From contig JAUCBJ010008582.1 in NCBI GenBank assembly GCA_032718475.1, positions 4,481-68,480 on the forward strand: a stretch of DNA of 64,000 bases, written 5' to 3'. The stretch's first letter is position 1, and each line of letters opens with the position of its first letter. Below are positions 24,514 to 38,655 of the stretch, piece after piece. The stretch comes from Nemertoderma westbladi. Taxonomy: Eukaryota; Animalia; Xenacoelomorpha. The notes under the pieces are model-generated. The model was not told the DNA's origin. It saw nothing but the letters and a program-made list of their open reading frames with translations, and searched no databases. Made by a program: the position numbers and the translations under genes.

Positions 24514-24700
24514 ACACCATGTCCTGGAATATAGTGTCGATATTCATTCAGATCCCCCCCCCCCCCCCCCCCTTCCAAATTGTTTTACAAATCTTAATGA
24601 GATTGCATGAAATTTGAAACAGAGATAATTTCACCACCCTCCTCCTTGCTGGGTGAGCCAGTTTTTATTTTCGCTTTCATTCTTTAGCTACAAGTGTCAA
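24514..24700. mobile_element. Partial arm of the Tc1/mariner-type MITE family at 26107-27023
   Basis: Starts tacaccatgtcctggaatatagtgtcg, like 26105. Confidence 0.75.
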
Positions 24701-25021
24701 TTTCGTAGTCAAACTACTGTAATACAAGAAAAAACTATGTTTTATTTCAAAACAAATGTTTTATTTATTTTATTCTCTCACTAATGCCTTTATCATAACA
24801 TCAATTCCTTGTAGGCGCGATTAGTTATCCTAAAAACTTTATTTAAACTGTAACTAAATTATATTTCAGTGGTCTTTTTTACAATTATTCTACAGTTAAT
24901 TACAATATGATTAAAAATCCTCCTGTCTAATTTATACACTAATCTTTAGAAAAAAAAATTTAAATTAATAAGTGGTGTGATCTCTTGTTTGACTGTTAAA
25001 AACATTAATATTTACAAAATA

Positions 25022-25180
25022 ATAAGATACGAAAATACGATACGATATACGAAAAATATTTATTCGTCTTAAACGATACGAAGTCAATTTTTATGATACG
25101 ATACGAAATTCGATACGAATAAAATACTACGATACGAAATACGAAAATCCGTTTTCGTATCGTATCGTATCCTGTCCCTG
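25022..25180. repeat. (GATAC/ACGAT)-rich subterminal array ending in TGTCCCTG, probable hAT-like MITE end
   Basis: Multiple gatacga units followed by inverted tcgtatc units and a CCCTG terminus. Confidence 0.5.
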
Positions 25181-26106
25181 CTTTACACACAAGTATGTAA
25201 ATAGTTATTACGATAAAAAACAGTGCGTTTTTTAAATATTGAAACTTATTTGGAAAAATAGCGGTAATTTCCATGAAAATTACGAAAATTCATGTAATCG
25301 GCCATGCTGATTCCAAAAAAACAGCTTACAACTTCTGAAAATAAACCATCAAAGGAGTAGCATTTTAAGTCAAAAATGTTAATTTTGGCCCTGGCCGCTA
25401 AGGGGCGTCAAAAACGAATTTTTTTTTTTGAAAATATTACAATTCAATATAGTCCACCCAAAATGTATCTTACACTTTTTTTCTACTTAATCGCTCTTTG
25501 GTGCAGTATGCATTTCAAATGTTGACTTCCAAGCCAGTACCCCCCCCCCCCCCCCCCCCCCTTAATTGAACGAGGGTCACGGGCTAATTATGAACAAAGG
25601 CTCTAATTTTATTTATTTGAGGGAAATTATTTGCAGTTATGCACTTAAACTTTCTAGAACAACCAAATAATGACGTGGTGACATACTGGACATACTTAGT
25701 AAAATTTATGGCGTAGGTAGGGACATACTGAGAAATAATGTCGCACTGCGATATAAAGCTGGAAAGTATGTCGCCCTGGCGATTTGGTAGTGCGAAATTA
25801 ATTCCACACAAATAAATAAAATATATTTATAACCATTCCACAATTACAATGGGTGCATTAAATTAAACTTCCAGCCAAATACACATTTGTACATAATCGC
25901 TAATATAGTAAGTTAAATTGTAACGGAAACATGTACCATTTTTTGTTAAATTCCAGTGAATTTGTTACTTTTAATATATGGAAGCAATCGGATGAATTGT
26001 CTTAACTGTTTCTGGAGACAATTTTTTTAATTGCTAATTACAGAAAATCCTCAACAATGAAAAACATTTCCAACCAAAATCGCCAAAAACATTTACTACA
26101 TATATA

Positions 26107-27023
26107 CACCATGTCCTGGAATATAGTGTCGTTATTCAGATACATGCCCCCCCCCCCCCCCCCAAATTTTTCTACAAATCTTAATGAGATTGCCTGAAAT
26201 TTGAAACAGAGATGGTTTCATCCCCCTCCTCCTCCGTTGGGTGAGCCAGAATTTTTATTTTTGCTTTCATTCTTTAGCTACAAGCGTTTGAAAAAAGTGT
26301 CTCCGTCGATATTGCACCAGTTACACCACAGTTATTCTTCAAAACATTTAGTGATTCGATGGTACTAGTAGAAAGCTGGCCGTGCAAGGATTCCAAATAT
26401 ATAAAAATATTTGAATTTGGTTGGGAAATAACTGAGATATGGGCAATCGAATTTTGCATGTATTTGCTTCCTCTGCAGGCCATTTATTCTATTAAATAAA
26501 TACACAATGTTCTAGAACAGTTTGTTTATCTCATAAGCAGCTTGGCAACAATGCAATGCCTACATGATAATACTAGTTTATAGATATTCTCACATAATCA
26601 AAATGTTCTAGAACACTGTGTATTTATTTAATAGAATAAATGGCCTGCAGTGGAAGCTAATACATGCAAAATTCGAATGCCCATATCTCAGCTATTTCCC
26701 AACCAAATTCAAATATTTTTACATATTTGGAATCCTTGCACGGTCAGCTTTCTACTTGTACCAACGAATCACTAAATGTTTGAAGAATAACTGCGGTGTA
26801 ACTGGTGCAATATCGACGGAGACACTTTTTTTAAACGCTTGTAGCTAAAGAGTGAAAGCAAAACTAAAAATTCTGGCTCACCCAGTCAGTGGTCGGGAGG
26901 TGAAACAATCTCTGTTTCAAATTTCATGCAATCTCATTAAGATTTGTAGAAAAATTGGGGGGGGGGGGGGGTGGGGGGGGGGGCATGTACCTGAATAACG
27001 ACACTATATTCCAGGACATGGTG
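26107..27023. mobile_element. Foldback MITE with roughly 410-bp TIRs and TA TSD (Tc1/mariner type)
   Basis: TA|CACCATGTCCTGG ... CCAGGACATGGTG|TA; arms about 26107-26519 and 26604-27023 are inverted copies. Confidence 0.9.
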
Positions 27024-27459
27024 TAGGTACAAAAGCATGCTTGCATGCATGTGTGCAAAAGCATGCATGCTTGTGTATGCAATATTCAGTGAAAAAAAAA
27101 CGGCATATATCTGCCGGACTATAAGTTTCCGTACCATTACGGTTATGTTGTTTAGTTTTAAGAAAAAATTTAAAGACTAACCGACTAAACAGAAAAGACT
27201 AACAGAGTTATCTACCGAGTTCATAATAGACACCAATACCGGTAACAGTACAGCAGCAACGGTATAATCAGATACAGAGCTATAAAAACTGAAAAAGAAC
27301 TTTACAAAACGGTTATTATATATATAGGCCTTACATATATATATAGGTCTATTATTACTGTATTACCGGTGCGGTACAGCCTGCTATTACAGTATTAGGT
27401 CTAAAATTATTAACTACAATCTGACAATATAGTACAATATTATAAATTCGCCAAGGGAT

Positions 27460-27858
27460 TCAGCTCCGCATATCCCGATAGAGTTTTAAGTTTGTATATA
27501 ATTTTTCACGCAAAGTTGAATCCTTTGTCGGAGTGATCTCTACCCGGGCACCATCCCTCCAGAGATCTTGGTTCTCGCTAAACGGTGTAGTCAGTGTCTC
27601 CTCGCTCTTATACCGGGTGTATTCGTACATGTAGAACCGCAGGGGGATTTCGACTGCGACGGCCGCGCATACCAGCCATCCCGCGTATCGCGCTAGAACG
27701 CGAAAGGAACGCAGCCGACCGAAACTTTCCGGTTTGTTGCTACGGATTGAATGTTCCACATCCAACCGGACCGTATGGGTTGGTTCACCTGGTTTTAACC
27801 ATCGCGTGAATAATGGTTTCTTGTGGTGGACCGTAGCTGAAGGCGCTGCTTTATCCAT
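27460..27858 (-). CDS. Hypothetical 132-aa single-exon protein with one predicted transmembrane segment
   Basis: ATG-initiated GC-rich ORF standing out from AT-rich flanks; hydrophobic stretch YAGWLVCAAVAVEIPL; no recognised family. Confidence 0.4.
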   Translation of the reverse strand: MDKAAPSATVHHKKPLFTRWLKPGEPTHTVRLDVEHSIRSNKPESFGRLRSFRVLARYAGWLVCAAVAVEIPLRFYMYEYTRYKSEETLTTPFSENQDLWRDGARVEITPTKDSTLREKLYTNLKLYRDMRS

Positions 27859-28126
27859 TTCAGCATTTAGGTCTACCTATACCTGTATACTTTTGTACAG
27901 CTACAGTACTGCAGTACAGCAGTAGTACAGTAAAATAACTGACAAATAATGCAAAATGACAGGAAATTCCTGAATTCAGAATTTCAGATTTGTTACCTAA
28001 CTTCTGAACTTCAAAGTAGGGCAGTACGATGGGCTGATAGACAGGTAGATAGGCCTAACGGTAGGCCTATTAGGTAGTTCTTTTCATGTTTATTTCCTTT
28101 TGCAGCTCAGCGAGCGTAATGCTGAA

Positions 28127-30357
28127 ATTAGCGTGAGCCGATCTTTTCCTATTTATGGAACTTGTTTCATCTAAAATTGAAATTATAATGAGTTTGGTTA
28201 GGTGGATATGAAGACTAAGGTTTTTAGAAATGTAATAAACTGACATTCTGGAATTTTTATATTCTTATTGTTGCCAAGGTAACCGCTTGCAAAGCAGGGA
28301 CTGGGATCGAATAGAAATCGAATCGACTCGAACGAATTTTACTGCGTCGAAATCGAATCGAAAGATATTATTCCAGAAATCGAATCGAATCGAAAAATGA
28401 CGAAATCGAATCGACAAATCGAAAGAAAATATTCGATTCGATTCGACTTTGAAAATTAGACGAAATCACAGCCTAGATTTATTTAATTAATTATGGGATT
28501 TAATAGAAATACTGTGATTCAACTTTTTTGTGATTTAACAGTCTATTTACCACTGCTGGCGTGTTGGGGGAACCAAAACAATAAACGAAAGTTACTGTAA
28601 CACATGTGTTTTGTATAGGTCTATATTCTTTGAATCTTTGTTTTGACTCACCCGTGGTCTGATCCTACAATTTTGTCGGGCACGCACGCACCCCACCCCC
28701 TGGCCCCTAATGGAATAATGTACATACATATTATTTTTTGGCAAAATTTGGCCAACAGTAAATTTTAAAAATAATTACTTATTAAATGGGAAAAAAAGTA
28801 CAACTTTTTTCACTATTCTCGAGATATTTTATATATTTTTAATAATTTTCTAAGTTTATTCACATGTAATACTAATTCCATTCTTAAATTGGTACTTTTT
28901 GTTTTTGGTACATTAATGAATGGTACTGTAGAACAAAATACTGTGTAGTGTTCAAAATAAATTGAACTGTAGTATTTTACTTTATTGCTTCCATAGTTAC
29001 AGCGATTCCAATTACTGTATTCTTCAACTCCTGATGCTGCCTTACTCAATGTTAAAATAATTTAGTGTTCTTGAATATTTATTACGTAACTAGAGAGCCG
29101 CTTAACAACATAAACCAAATATTGGATATTAAATAATTTTTTGGTGTAGGCCTACACCGTGAACACTCTAAAGTTTCAATAACCTTTGAGTTGTGAATGG
29201 ATTTTGCTCTAATTTCATTACTTGTAAACCTTTTCTACTTCGATGCTTTTTCAACATTTGTAATAAAATGTTAGAAATTCCACCAAAATTAATTCACCAG
29301 GTTAGGTAAAATCAAAAATAATTCGCCGGGAAAAAGTAACATCACTGCATTCCTATGGGTTACTTTTTTTTCCTAGGGAAAAAAGTACTCATTTTCTCCC
29401 GATTTGGGGTATATTCGAGCGAAAAAGTAACAATTTAAGAATAAAATTTATAATGTATATTTAATGTCAAATAATTAAGCTAATATTTAAAGGTCGAATA
29501 ATCGAATCAAAGTCGAAATTTTTAACCTGAGTCGAATCGAAATCGAATCGAAAAATATATGGGATTTCGATTCGATTCCAGTCCCTCCTGGTGCAAAGTT
29601 CAAACTTTGCACGTCTGTACTTCAAGAAAACATGGATCCTGTTCTTGATACTTGGTAGGTGAGTAAAATGAAATAAAATATATCAATTTATTTGACATTT
29701 GAATTTGTTTACATTCTCGTTGCCATGGTAATAAGAATAATTAAAAATTTGGATAATTGTTTCCAATTAAGATACAATTTTTATTCGGTTTGTCAGTAAA
29801 ATATTAAGTTAAATATGCCAACGTTTTATTTTGTAATCGTAATAATTTGTGAATCGGAGTTATGAGGGTATATGTGCCCATAGACAAAACAGTCCAATCC
29901 GAGAGCAAGACTTGTGATAGCATGATTTTTACATTCCAGAATATTAAATTTCTGTTAACAATTATTAGAACTAAATTACAGGACCCAGCCAGGTATGTAA
30001 GTTTCAAATGATATAAATAGTATATCGTAGACCAATTTCCAGCACGAGATCATAATTGCAAATTATCTTTATACCCATCACCATGGAAACGGGATTGTAA
30101 ACAAATTTAAATATCAAATGTATTGATAGAATTTTATTCGCTTTAATCACCTTCTGTTCTGTACTAAATGTTAAGATTATAAACTTACATCGTCTTGAAT
30201 TACAATTTGAACTCAAAATTTGAACTTTGCACCCGGTTACCTTGACAACAACAATATAAAAATTCCAGAAAGATGGTTGACTGCATTTCTATGTGAATTT
30301 AAAGGAAATATTGTGAAAATTATCTCCTAAATATGATAAAGATCGGACCACGCTAAT
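28127..30357. mobile_element. Outer non-autonomous element with degenerate long inverted ends, interrupted by a hAT-like MITE
   Basis: attagcgtgagccgatcttt versus aaagatcggaccacgctaat; 28246-28290 plus 29591-29610 is the inverse of 30217-30270. Confidence 0.6.
28295..29590. mobile_element. hAT-like non-autonomous element with (AATCG) subterminal repeats
   Basis: TIR CAGGGACTGG(G/A)ATCGAAT; near-perfect 8-bp TSD ttgcaaag / gtgcaaag. Confidence 0.75.
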
Positions 30358-30419
30358 GGTCATCACCAATGACTGCCTCGGCTTATCGATTGACTGGAAT
30401 CATGGATGCGGAAGTCAGG

Positions 30420-30950
30420 TTACTTCGGATCCTTATCGGACCTTCGGATACGTAAGGGGAAGGCGGAATCAAACGGAACCTAAGGTTCAATTATTTATGG
30501 CTGTAGTAGTACCAGCACTCTTATATGGGAGTACATGATGGGCTCTAACTGCAAAGGATACAAAATCTCTGGATGGCCCTTACTGTTAACTGCGCCGAGT
30601 TCATTGTTTCGTACAAAGCACACATCTCCAATCAGACTCTATACAACATTGGAGGTGTTTCAATAGTCTCCCCTAGCTTGACACTTGAACGGAGCCTCCT
30701 CCGCTTTGTAGGACATTGCTTTCGCCGTGAGGAACAGCCAGTGCATAATCTTATGCTTTTGGCAGCCTCGTGGAGTGATTAACATGGTGGACAGCCCATG
30801 ACATTCTTGAGACGCATCTTAAAGGACACTGGCCTTGAAGATGCGGAGGATCCAGCAAATGTCATGGGTGATAGAAGCACAGCATTCCTAATAGATATAT
30901 AATATATATATATATATAATGAAGCTGCAATGCAGCATGCCGATTAGGAT
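30420..30950 (+). mobile_element. 5'-truncated 3' fragment of the RTE-like LINE family at 34222-37289
   Basis: VVPALLYG, HISNQTLYNIGG, LRFVGHCFRRE, and the same 3' end gctgcaatgcagcatgccga. Confidence 0.9.
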
Positions 30951-31796
30951 ACCTCTTATCTAATATGTGTACCTCGACATTGTATCATTTCTTTGAAATT
31001 AAAAATGAGATGGGTGGGATCCTAATTGTTAAAAATTTTACTGTATTGAGGGTGATTTTTTTTACTTTTTGATGCTAATCCTAAAGGAGAATTTATCTTA
31101 GAAATCGTTTAAACGAAATTTCGAAATTTTTTTTTATTTCCAAAAGAACTATTTCACAAATATCTGTCTATCCATTTACATTTTATCTGTACAAATGATT
31201 GCGTACCGGTAGGTTAGTTGCCTTCCACTGCCGTGTCTATACCATCAAAAATACAGTGTGCAGTACCTTGTTAGTCATCTTGTAGACCTCAAGGGTGGAT
31301 TTTTTATCCTAAAAACCACAGTCACTCACTAAGTAACCTTCCCCCGCAGACGCTGTGAAGACCACACGAACGTATCCGCAGTATTAAATATTCAGGTAGT
31401 CTCGACCATGAATGTTACCACGGTTGATACACAGCCGTCGAGACGTGATATTCGCGCCACACCAATGGGGCCGACCACAACGTCCGGACACTGTAGAAAA
31501 AATTATTCTGTAATACTGTAGTACACCACAATAGCTGCTTTTGTTTATATTTGAATACAAAACATAATGTTTCATGAATACAATTTAGAAAACTAGTCAT
31601 AATCATTAGTTCTTTTATAGCGCTAACGGTAAGACCTGGCGAATAGTGTTTCAATAAAGATTTGTGGGAAGAGGAACGTGTATCATTAATAATTTCATTG
31701 TCGGCGCCAACTTGACTTCGCTCTTGGTTCCTCATGTCTCAAATGCGTGATACGTTTAGTAAAATTTGTGGCCTTAATAAATTGGTGGTGGATTCA

Positions 31797-32099
31797 CTAT
31801 TGAATATATCCTCTTCTCTTCAATATACAATAACTGTAATCAGTAATAATTAGCCACAATGTTGATAACATACCTAAAATGCATGCATAAATGATATTGT
31901 CAATGAAGTACTCAACCCAAGATGCCCTTGCGCCGAAAAAACAGAGAAAGCAGTGCCACGGTATAGCCAAAAACTCTGGGAGTAGTGGATGTTCAACATT
32001 ATATGCCGTTGTAGGATATAATTCTGGCAGTGATTGTATGATGGGATAGACCGACAGAAATATCAAAAATGTCATTAGTAGCATTTTGTTCAACATCAT
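31797..32099 (-). CDS. Possible small signal-peptide/membrane protein or pseudogene fragment
   Basis: Signal-peptide-like N-terminus (MLLMTFLIFLSVYPIIQS) and later hydrophobic segments; no homology recognised. Confidence 0.25.
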   Translation of the reverse strand: MMLNKMLLMTFLIFLSVYPIIQSLPELYPTTAYNVEHPLLPEFLAIPWHCFLCFFGARASWVEYFIDNIIYACILGMLSTLWLIITDYSYCILKRRGYIQ

Positions 32100-32486
32100 A
32101 GATCATTGAGGGTCTTTACAAAGTCGCTTCATTACATTTGTAGGATAAATAATGTTTAAGAAACTGTTCATGTCATACCAAAACCAAATGAATAATATAT
32201 AGCGAACCATGACATACCATACCAATACATACAGAATTGTAGCCTAGGATATTGGCCTATGTTTATTTATTTACGTAACCAGTAGTGGGGGCTACTTCCT
32301 ACCCTATGTTAAACATACAGTAGAACAAACATTTTTAAAATGTATCCTGGAACAAGGCCCTTTTAATAATATGAACTCACCACAGGTATCCTAAACAAAA
32401 ACAAACGTTTTAGACCTATTTAGGTCATGCAGCCGGAATATAATAGCTAGCTTGAACGTCAAATGGAAATTTCATGTGGATATGAA

Positions 32487-32703
32487 AAATTAAATAATTT
32501 AATAATTAATTAAATAATTTAATAATTAATTAAATAATTTAATAATTAATTAAATAATTTAATAATTAATTAAATAATTTAATAATTAATTAAATAATTT
32601 AATAATTAATTAAATAATTTAATAATTAATTAAATAATTTAATAATTAATTAAATAATTTAATAATTAATTACATAATTTAATAATCAATTAAATAATTT
32701 AAA
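32487..32703. repeat. 20-bp almost purely A/T minisatellite (aataattaattaaataattt), about 10-11 copies
   Basis: Direct inspection. Confidence 0.97.
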
Positions 32704-34221
32704 TATTTTTGATTTTAGTTAATTGTTGATCCTCAAAATCAACCGCACCTAGAATAATTAATTATTGCAGTTTGAATGTTCTAAATCGTTAGCTAACGAC
32801 GTATTTTGTCGTTTTAATGACTAATTTTATATAAAGAATTGGCCATAACGTAAATCAATCTCAATTTTGCAAGGTAATCTTTGAATGTAGGATGATAAGA
32901 TTAAACATTCGTTTCGAACTAAATTTAGAATTTATGCATTTAGTAAAATGTACCATTTTTCATATTTAAATGAAATTCTAATTGAAATTCTTAATTATTT
33001 TTTACATTGTGTGTTTGGTATGTAATTTTGACACTGTCGTTAGCTATTAAATTCTTCACTGCACGGCCTATAGCTTAGAACGACTTGGCCGTCCCATAAA
33101 TTTAATTCTGGAAATATGATGTTTCTATTATCTGTTTCCATCACATCGAATGTTTCAATCGCACTTCATATAATATTTATATACGGCCAAGCCGGTGTTC
33201 TTCAAATACATTTGAATCAATTATTTATCTCTAGAAAGTTTTGATACGGGCAAATGAGTAAACAAATTACTTTAAAGGGCAATGTTACAATTAACTAGAG
33301 ACGGGCCTAGCGACCAGTGAAGCAATAAGTCGTAAGAGACACTACGAGTAAAGTAAAAGCTATTTTGTTCTGTCTGATAAATTAGAATGAGCGTAGTCCC
33401 GGTGTACGAACAATTTTATACACAACTTCAAACTATAATTATTATGTTTAATCATCTAATGAATTCTAAAAGCTGTTGTGATTATAGAAGATAGAGAGCA
33501 GTTAGGGAAACGATTCTTCTGCTCTGTCAAGATTAAAAATAATAGCTGCGTTGTCATGAATTCAATACAATCGAGCCAAAGAAGTAATAAGACAAATTCG
33601 TTCTTATTTTTGTATTAAATAAAACAAGTTGAGATGTTTCAATGTAAACCGCGATTAACAATTTACACTGTTCAATGTAAACTACGATATTTGTAATTAA
33701 ATACAACAATTATATTTTTATTATAGCAAAGTATATTTCAGTACATTTCGTACCCGTTAGTCAACAGAAAAAGTACAGTACTCTGTCTAACTAAAATTCA
33801 ATCAGCTGGCCTGCCACATAACACAGCACAGTGAGTAACCTAGTAGGTATCCCCATAGCATTCACTGGGAAAAGCTATCAGCTGACGAGGTAATACATTA
33901 CAACAGTTCATGTTTGCTTATTGTCTGGGTTAGCGTGACTGAGTAAACACAACCTTTCTTCTCTGCAGTTGAACCTATCCATTCAATATGATTCATTACT
34001 AGGCCCTGATATCATTTTTATGAGTGAGCCCCAGCTGCTTATTGAATCTATGGCAAATTTCGTGTTACTGGGCTATTTTTCGAAATAAAACAAGTTGAGA
34101 TGTTCCAATTTAAACCGCAGTTTCACAAGTAGGCCTACACATAGAAATCTATTTTCATGGTTCATGCAAAATTTCATCAAAATCGTTAGAGCCGTTTTTG
34201 TTCTAGGTCAGTAGTCTAGTC

Positions 34222-37200
34222 TACTACAACTACTAGGATCGGCATGCTGCATTGCAGCTGCATTTTTAAGAAAGCTGTGCCAGCTTGTCGACACAATTGC
34301 GCCGCCACAACTCCCTATCACCCATGACATTTGCTAGATCATCCACATCTTCAAGGCCAGTGTCCTTTAAGATGCGTATCAAGAAAATCATTGGCTGTCC
34401 ACCATGCTTATTCACTCCATGAGGCTGCTAAAGTACAAGATTATGGTTCTCACGGCGAAAGCAATGTCCTGCAAATCGGAGGCGATTTTGTTCTAGCGTC
34501 AAGCTTGGGGGAACCAATGAGACACCTCCAATGTTATATAGTGTCTGGTTAGAGATGTTTGCATTGTACTTGACACAATGAACCCGGCGTAGCATTCTTG
34601 TGAATGTGCCATCCAGAGATTTGGTCTCCTCATCAGTTAGAGCCCAGCATGGACTCCCATAGAGGAGTACTGGAACTACTGCTGCTCTAAATAATCGGAC
34701 CTTAAGTTTCCGATTAATTCTCGGTGACTTCCAAATCCTGGAAAGCCTATTCAAGGCTGCCTATGCCTTTCCCTTACGTATTCGAAGGTCCTCACCTGAT
34801 TTCCGGATTCATTTTCCCAGGTAACAGAATCCATCCACATGCTCGAGCACACCATCCTTAATACCTTCCAAGCCATTAATACCATACCATCCAATAATAC
34901 GTGAGCGAGAGGACATGCGTAGAACATAGTCAACCACAATTATGAACAAGAATGGTGCAAGTGTGTCTCCCTGGAGGACGCCCCATAACACTTCAAATGG
35001 TTCTGTGTCACCGTCAACAGTAGACACAAATGTTGTCGAACCATCGTATACTGATCTGATTGCTGCAATAATGAAGTCAACAAAGATAACAGCGAGATGC
35101 CTGTCTTTCTTTTTTGATAACTCTTCAATTATCCTTCTAAGTGCCAAAATGGGCTCCATGGTCCCACGACCTTTACGGAACCCATTCTGATTTCCACGGA
35201 GCAGTCTCTCAATGGGATCCCTGATGCGATTTAAATAGAATTCTATTGTATAGCTTTGCAGCAATCGATATCAATGAGATTCCCCGAAAATAACCATAGA
35301 GTGTTAGGTTGCCCTTCTTGGGAACTTGTACCAACTTATTTGTTTTCATTTCTTGTGGGACTCTTGTTGTACGGTACATGTCTACTATGATGGGATAGAT
35401 GAGCTTTAAACACTCAGGTATTTTAAAGACCTCAGAGGGAACACCATCTACTCCACTGGCACGATTGGTCTTAATGCACTTTGCAGCAGCCTTCACTTCT
35501 GCAAAGGAGATATCGCCAATGGGATTATCTGGGAGTACAGACTCAGACACTTTTACTTCTATAAAGTTATCAGGCAATACCCTGTCATTATTGAGGAGCT
35601 TTTCAAAGTGGGCCTTCCAACCATTGAGGCGATCGGCTGGTGATTAAGCCTTATCCTTGGTGGTTGGTTGGCTTTTCCGCCCAGTAAGCAAGTTGATGAT
35701 TTCCATGCCTGGGATGATTGCCTGTTATCGCCAGCATCATTGATGGCATCAACCTGTTGGTTTAATAGCTCCTGTAGATTAACAGAGTACTGCCTGTTCA
35801 GGGACCTAGATGCAGCCTTAACTGCATTCTTGGCCGCTGTATTCTGTTTGAGTCGGGATTCTTTCTGCGCCTTATAAAGGTCATTTCGGCACTTCTGAAT
35901 TTTGTTAACAATCCAGGGGTCCCTTTTCCTGTTTCGAGGGTATACAGGAACTGTTTCTGCAGCTGTTAACTTAACTGGTTCTGTGAAGGCAGTATAGCCC
36001 TCACAGTGATCTGCCGCCTCAGAGGCAAGAACCTCATACCTGTTGCTCAGCTGTAGTGTGAAGCTGGATCTCACACTTTGTTGATGCAACAGAGAGGACC
36101 AGTCATGCCGCGGTAAGGCAGATTTCGTTGTTCTGCTAGCACGCAGACTAAGTCTTACCTTGGCCACAATAAGGCGGTGATCACTGGAGAAGGGTCGAAG
36201 TGTAAATGCATTACAGTCTTGTATAGAGCTCCTGTATTTCCGACGAAACAGAATATGGTCTATCTGGGACTTGTGACCACTGGGCCCACTATGAGTCCAT
36301 AGCTTCCAGTTCGCTTCTTGAACTGGGTTCCAGCCGAAAACAATCCATTTCCAGAGATAAAATCCTTAAGATGGACGGAATTTCGGTTACCACTATTGCT
36401 ATAGACCCAGGGCGATGTAGGTGATTGATGCAGACTTGCATTAAAGTCTCCCAGGAATGTTAAGAATGCATGCAGATCCACTCCATCAGTAGCTGCTTGT
36501 AGATTGTGGTAGAAATTTTCCACCTCCTCTGCAGGGGCAACACTAGTTGGAGAGTAGCACACAATCCAAACCACCTTAGGAATCTTCTTAGACAGTCTTC
36601 CAGAACATGAGAAGTGGCAATGGATGATGCGGTTAGAGATTTAGTCTATTTTGTCCAATGCTGCATGTGCAGTTGGATTCATCAATAGACCAATTCCAAC
36701 ATTGCCACTATTATCTGTTGACGCGAGGGCGAGTCGCCAACCCCCCCCCCCCCCCCCCCCCCTCCCCCATGTCCTTAATCAGAACCTCATCAGTTTGTCC
36801 AGTCTGCATTCGGTGCTCTTGAACACCCACTCGCTGATAGAAAGCTTATCTGCCAAGGCAGTCAGCTCACCTTGTCGCATTGGGGATCCGAGTGTTAGGG
36901 TGTTTACTGAGGCTAGTCTAGTGACTTGCCTCAGATTCACCAATGGCTTTGTTGGTCGGGGTGGAACATGAGAGTAGCCTCCAACTCCAGAATCCCTCTC
37001 CCCCTCACAATCTGGCCTCCCTGGTGTCCCAGGGTTTGGGCCAGAAAGGTCATCATGAAAGGGACTCAAAGAATTGTTGGCTTCTCTCTCTCTCCAGTTG
37101 GGGGTGAGACAGGCAGCCGGTCAGGAGATATCTGACGCCTGTGAGGCCGATTGTGTCCGGTAATTCCACTGGCCTCTAGTGGCCGGACCTCCGCATTTCT

Positions 37201-37289
37201 AATGTAATCCATAGTGGGGGTTGGGGGGTGCTTTTTTGCCGAGTCAGCTCTTGGGGCAAATACCACACCCTGGTTTGCCATTCCACAGG
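34222..37289 (-). mobile_element. RTE-like non-LTR retrotransposon, near full length, degenerate
   Basis: APE endonuclease (CYSPT, LGDFNA, DHIL, SDH), RT (FRGISLIS, QNGFRKGR, GVLQGDTLAPFLF, FCYLG); 11-bp TSD GTAGTCTAGTC at 34211-34221 and 37290-37300; (TAG)n-like tail. Confidence 0.92.
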
Positions 37290-38283
37290 GTAGTCTAGTC
37301 AGTGGCGTTTTTCCCTTACAGTAATCACGTCTTACGACTTGCTAACATAATGATGGTTTGATTTTCTTATTGCTGGCCTAGCCATAATTTACAATTTGCG
37401 GAGAAATAAGTTGAAAATTGAAAAACCCGTCCAAGCCAAGCAGTAAGAAGCATATTGATTGGAATTGAAATTTGAAAAAATATAGCTCAAAATTTTGAAA
37501 CTTTTCATCATTTTAGAAAATATTATTGCGGTGGTTTTAGATAAAATCATTCAACATGCGAATGTCCATATCAATATTCCGCCTCGACATTCATATGTTG
37601 TTACAGAATTGGCTTCCTTTCAGCGTTACATTTACGTCAGAACAAACAAACCTCTATAAGATTAAAGAATAACTGCGAACTGCGACGTAACAGGTGCAAT
37701 AATATTGAGGGAGACATGTTTTCAAACGCATAGAGATAACGTTGTCAAAATTGTAATCGAAAGTAAAATTCCAATGTACTGGGTTGGTTATTTTTCAGCA
37801 CAAAAACTACAAGTTGTGAACAATTTTCATTAAATTTGAAAGTTACAATTTTCGGCTAATTGTTTTTCAATACAGGTTTTCTGGTGCGTAAAACCCATTG
37901 GAAAATTATTTATTTAAAAATAATCTGTAGTATAAATGGCTGTTTTCTGTTTTAGTTTTCTACGTAGACAAAAAATGAAAAGAACAAGTAACCAGCACTT
38001 TTCACAAAATTTTGAACACAAAATTTTTAATTCACTTATACGATGCTATAAATTCACATTTTTAGGTTTTCTGGGGCGCTGATTCTAATGTAATACATTT
38101 CTAATTTGCCAGATCATTGCTAATCGTATTTTTCGGCGTAATATGGCAATTTTTGGTGCTAGCAATGTTTAATTATTCATATTAATTCGAATTCAGAACT
38201 CTCACAAACCCGTATAACGTAAGAAACAAGATTGACACAAAATCAATTGATGTATTTGATTGTTTTCAAAATTTGGAGAATTA

Positions 38284-38655
38284 CAATGTTCTAGAACATT
38301 GTGTATTTATTAAATAGAATAAATGGCCTGCAGCAGAAGCAAATACATGCAAAATTCGAATGCCCATATCTCAGCTATTTCCCAACCAAGTTCAAGTAAA
38401 TAATTATTCAAACAAATATTCAAAAAAATAAGGTTGAAGAATAACTATGGTGTAACGATATCGACGGAGACACTTTTTTAAACGTTTGTAGCTAAAGACC
38501 AAAAGCGAAAATAAAATTCTGGCTCACCCACTAAGGAGGAAGGAGGTGAAACTAACTCTGTTTGAAATTTCATTCAATCTCATTAAGATTTGTAGAAAAA
38601 TTTGGGGGGGGGGGGGGTCATGTACCAGAATAACGACAATATATTCCAGGACATG
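38284..38655. mobile_element. Solo arm of the Tc1/mariner-type MITE family
   Basis: Similar to 26602-27021. Confidence 0.8.

Noticed and set aside
37140-37289. HDV-like ribozyme at the RTE 5' end
   Set aside because: Hairpins are present but I could not fit the nested P1/P2/P3/P1.1 topology by eye; an RNArobo or Infernal search would be needed
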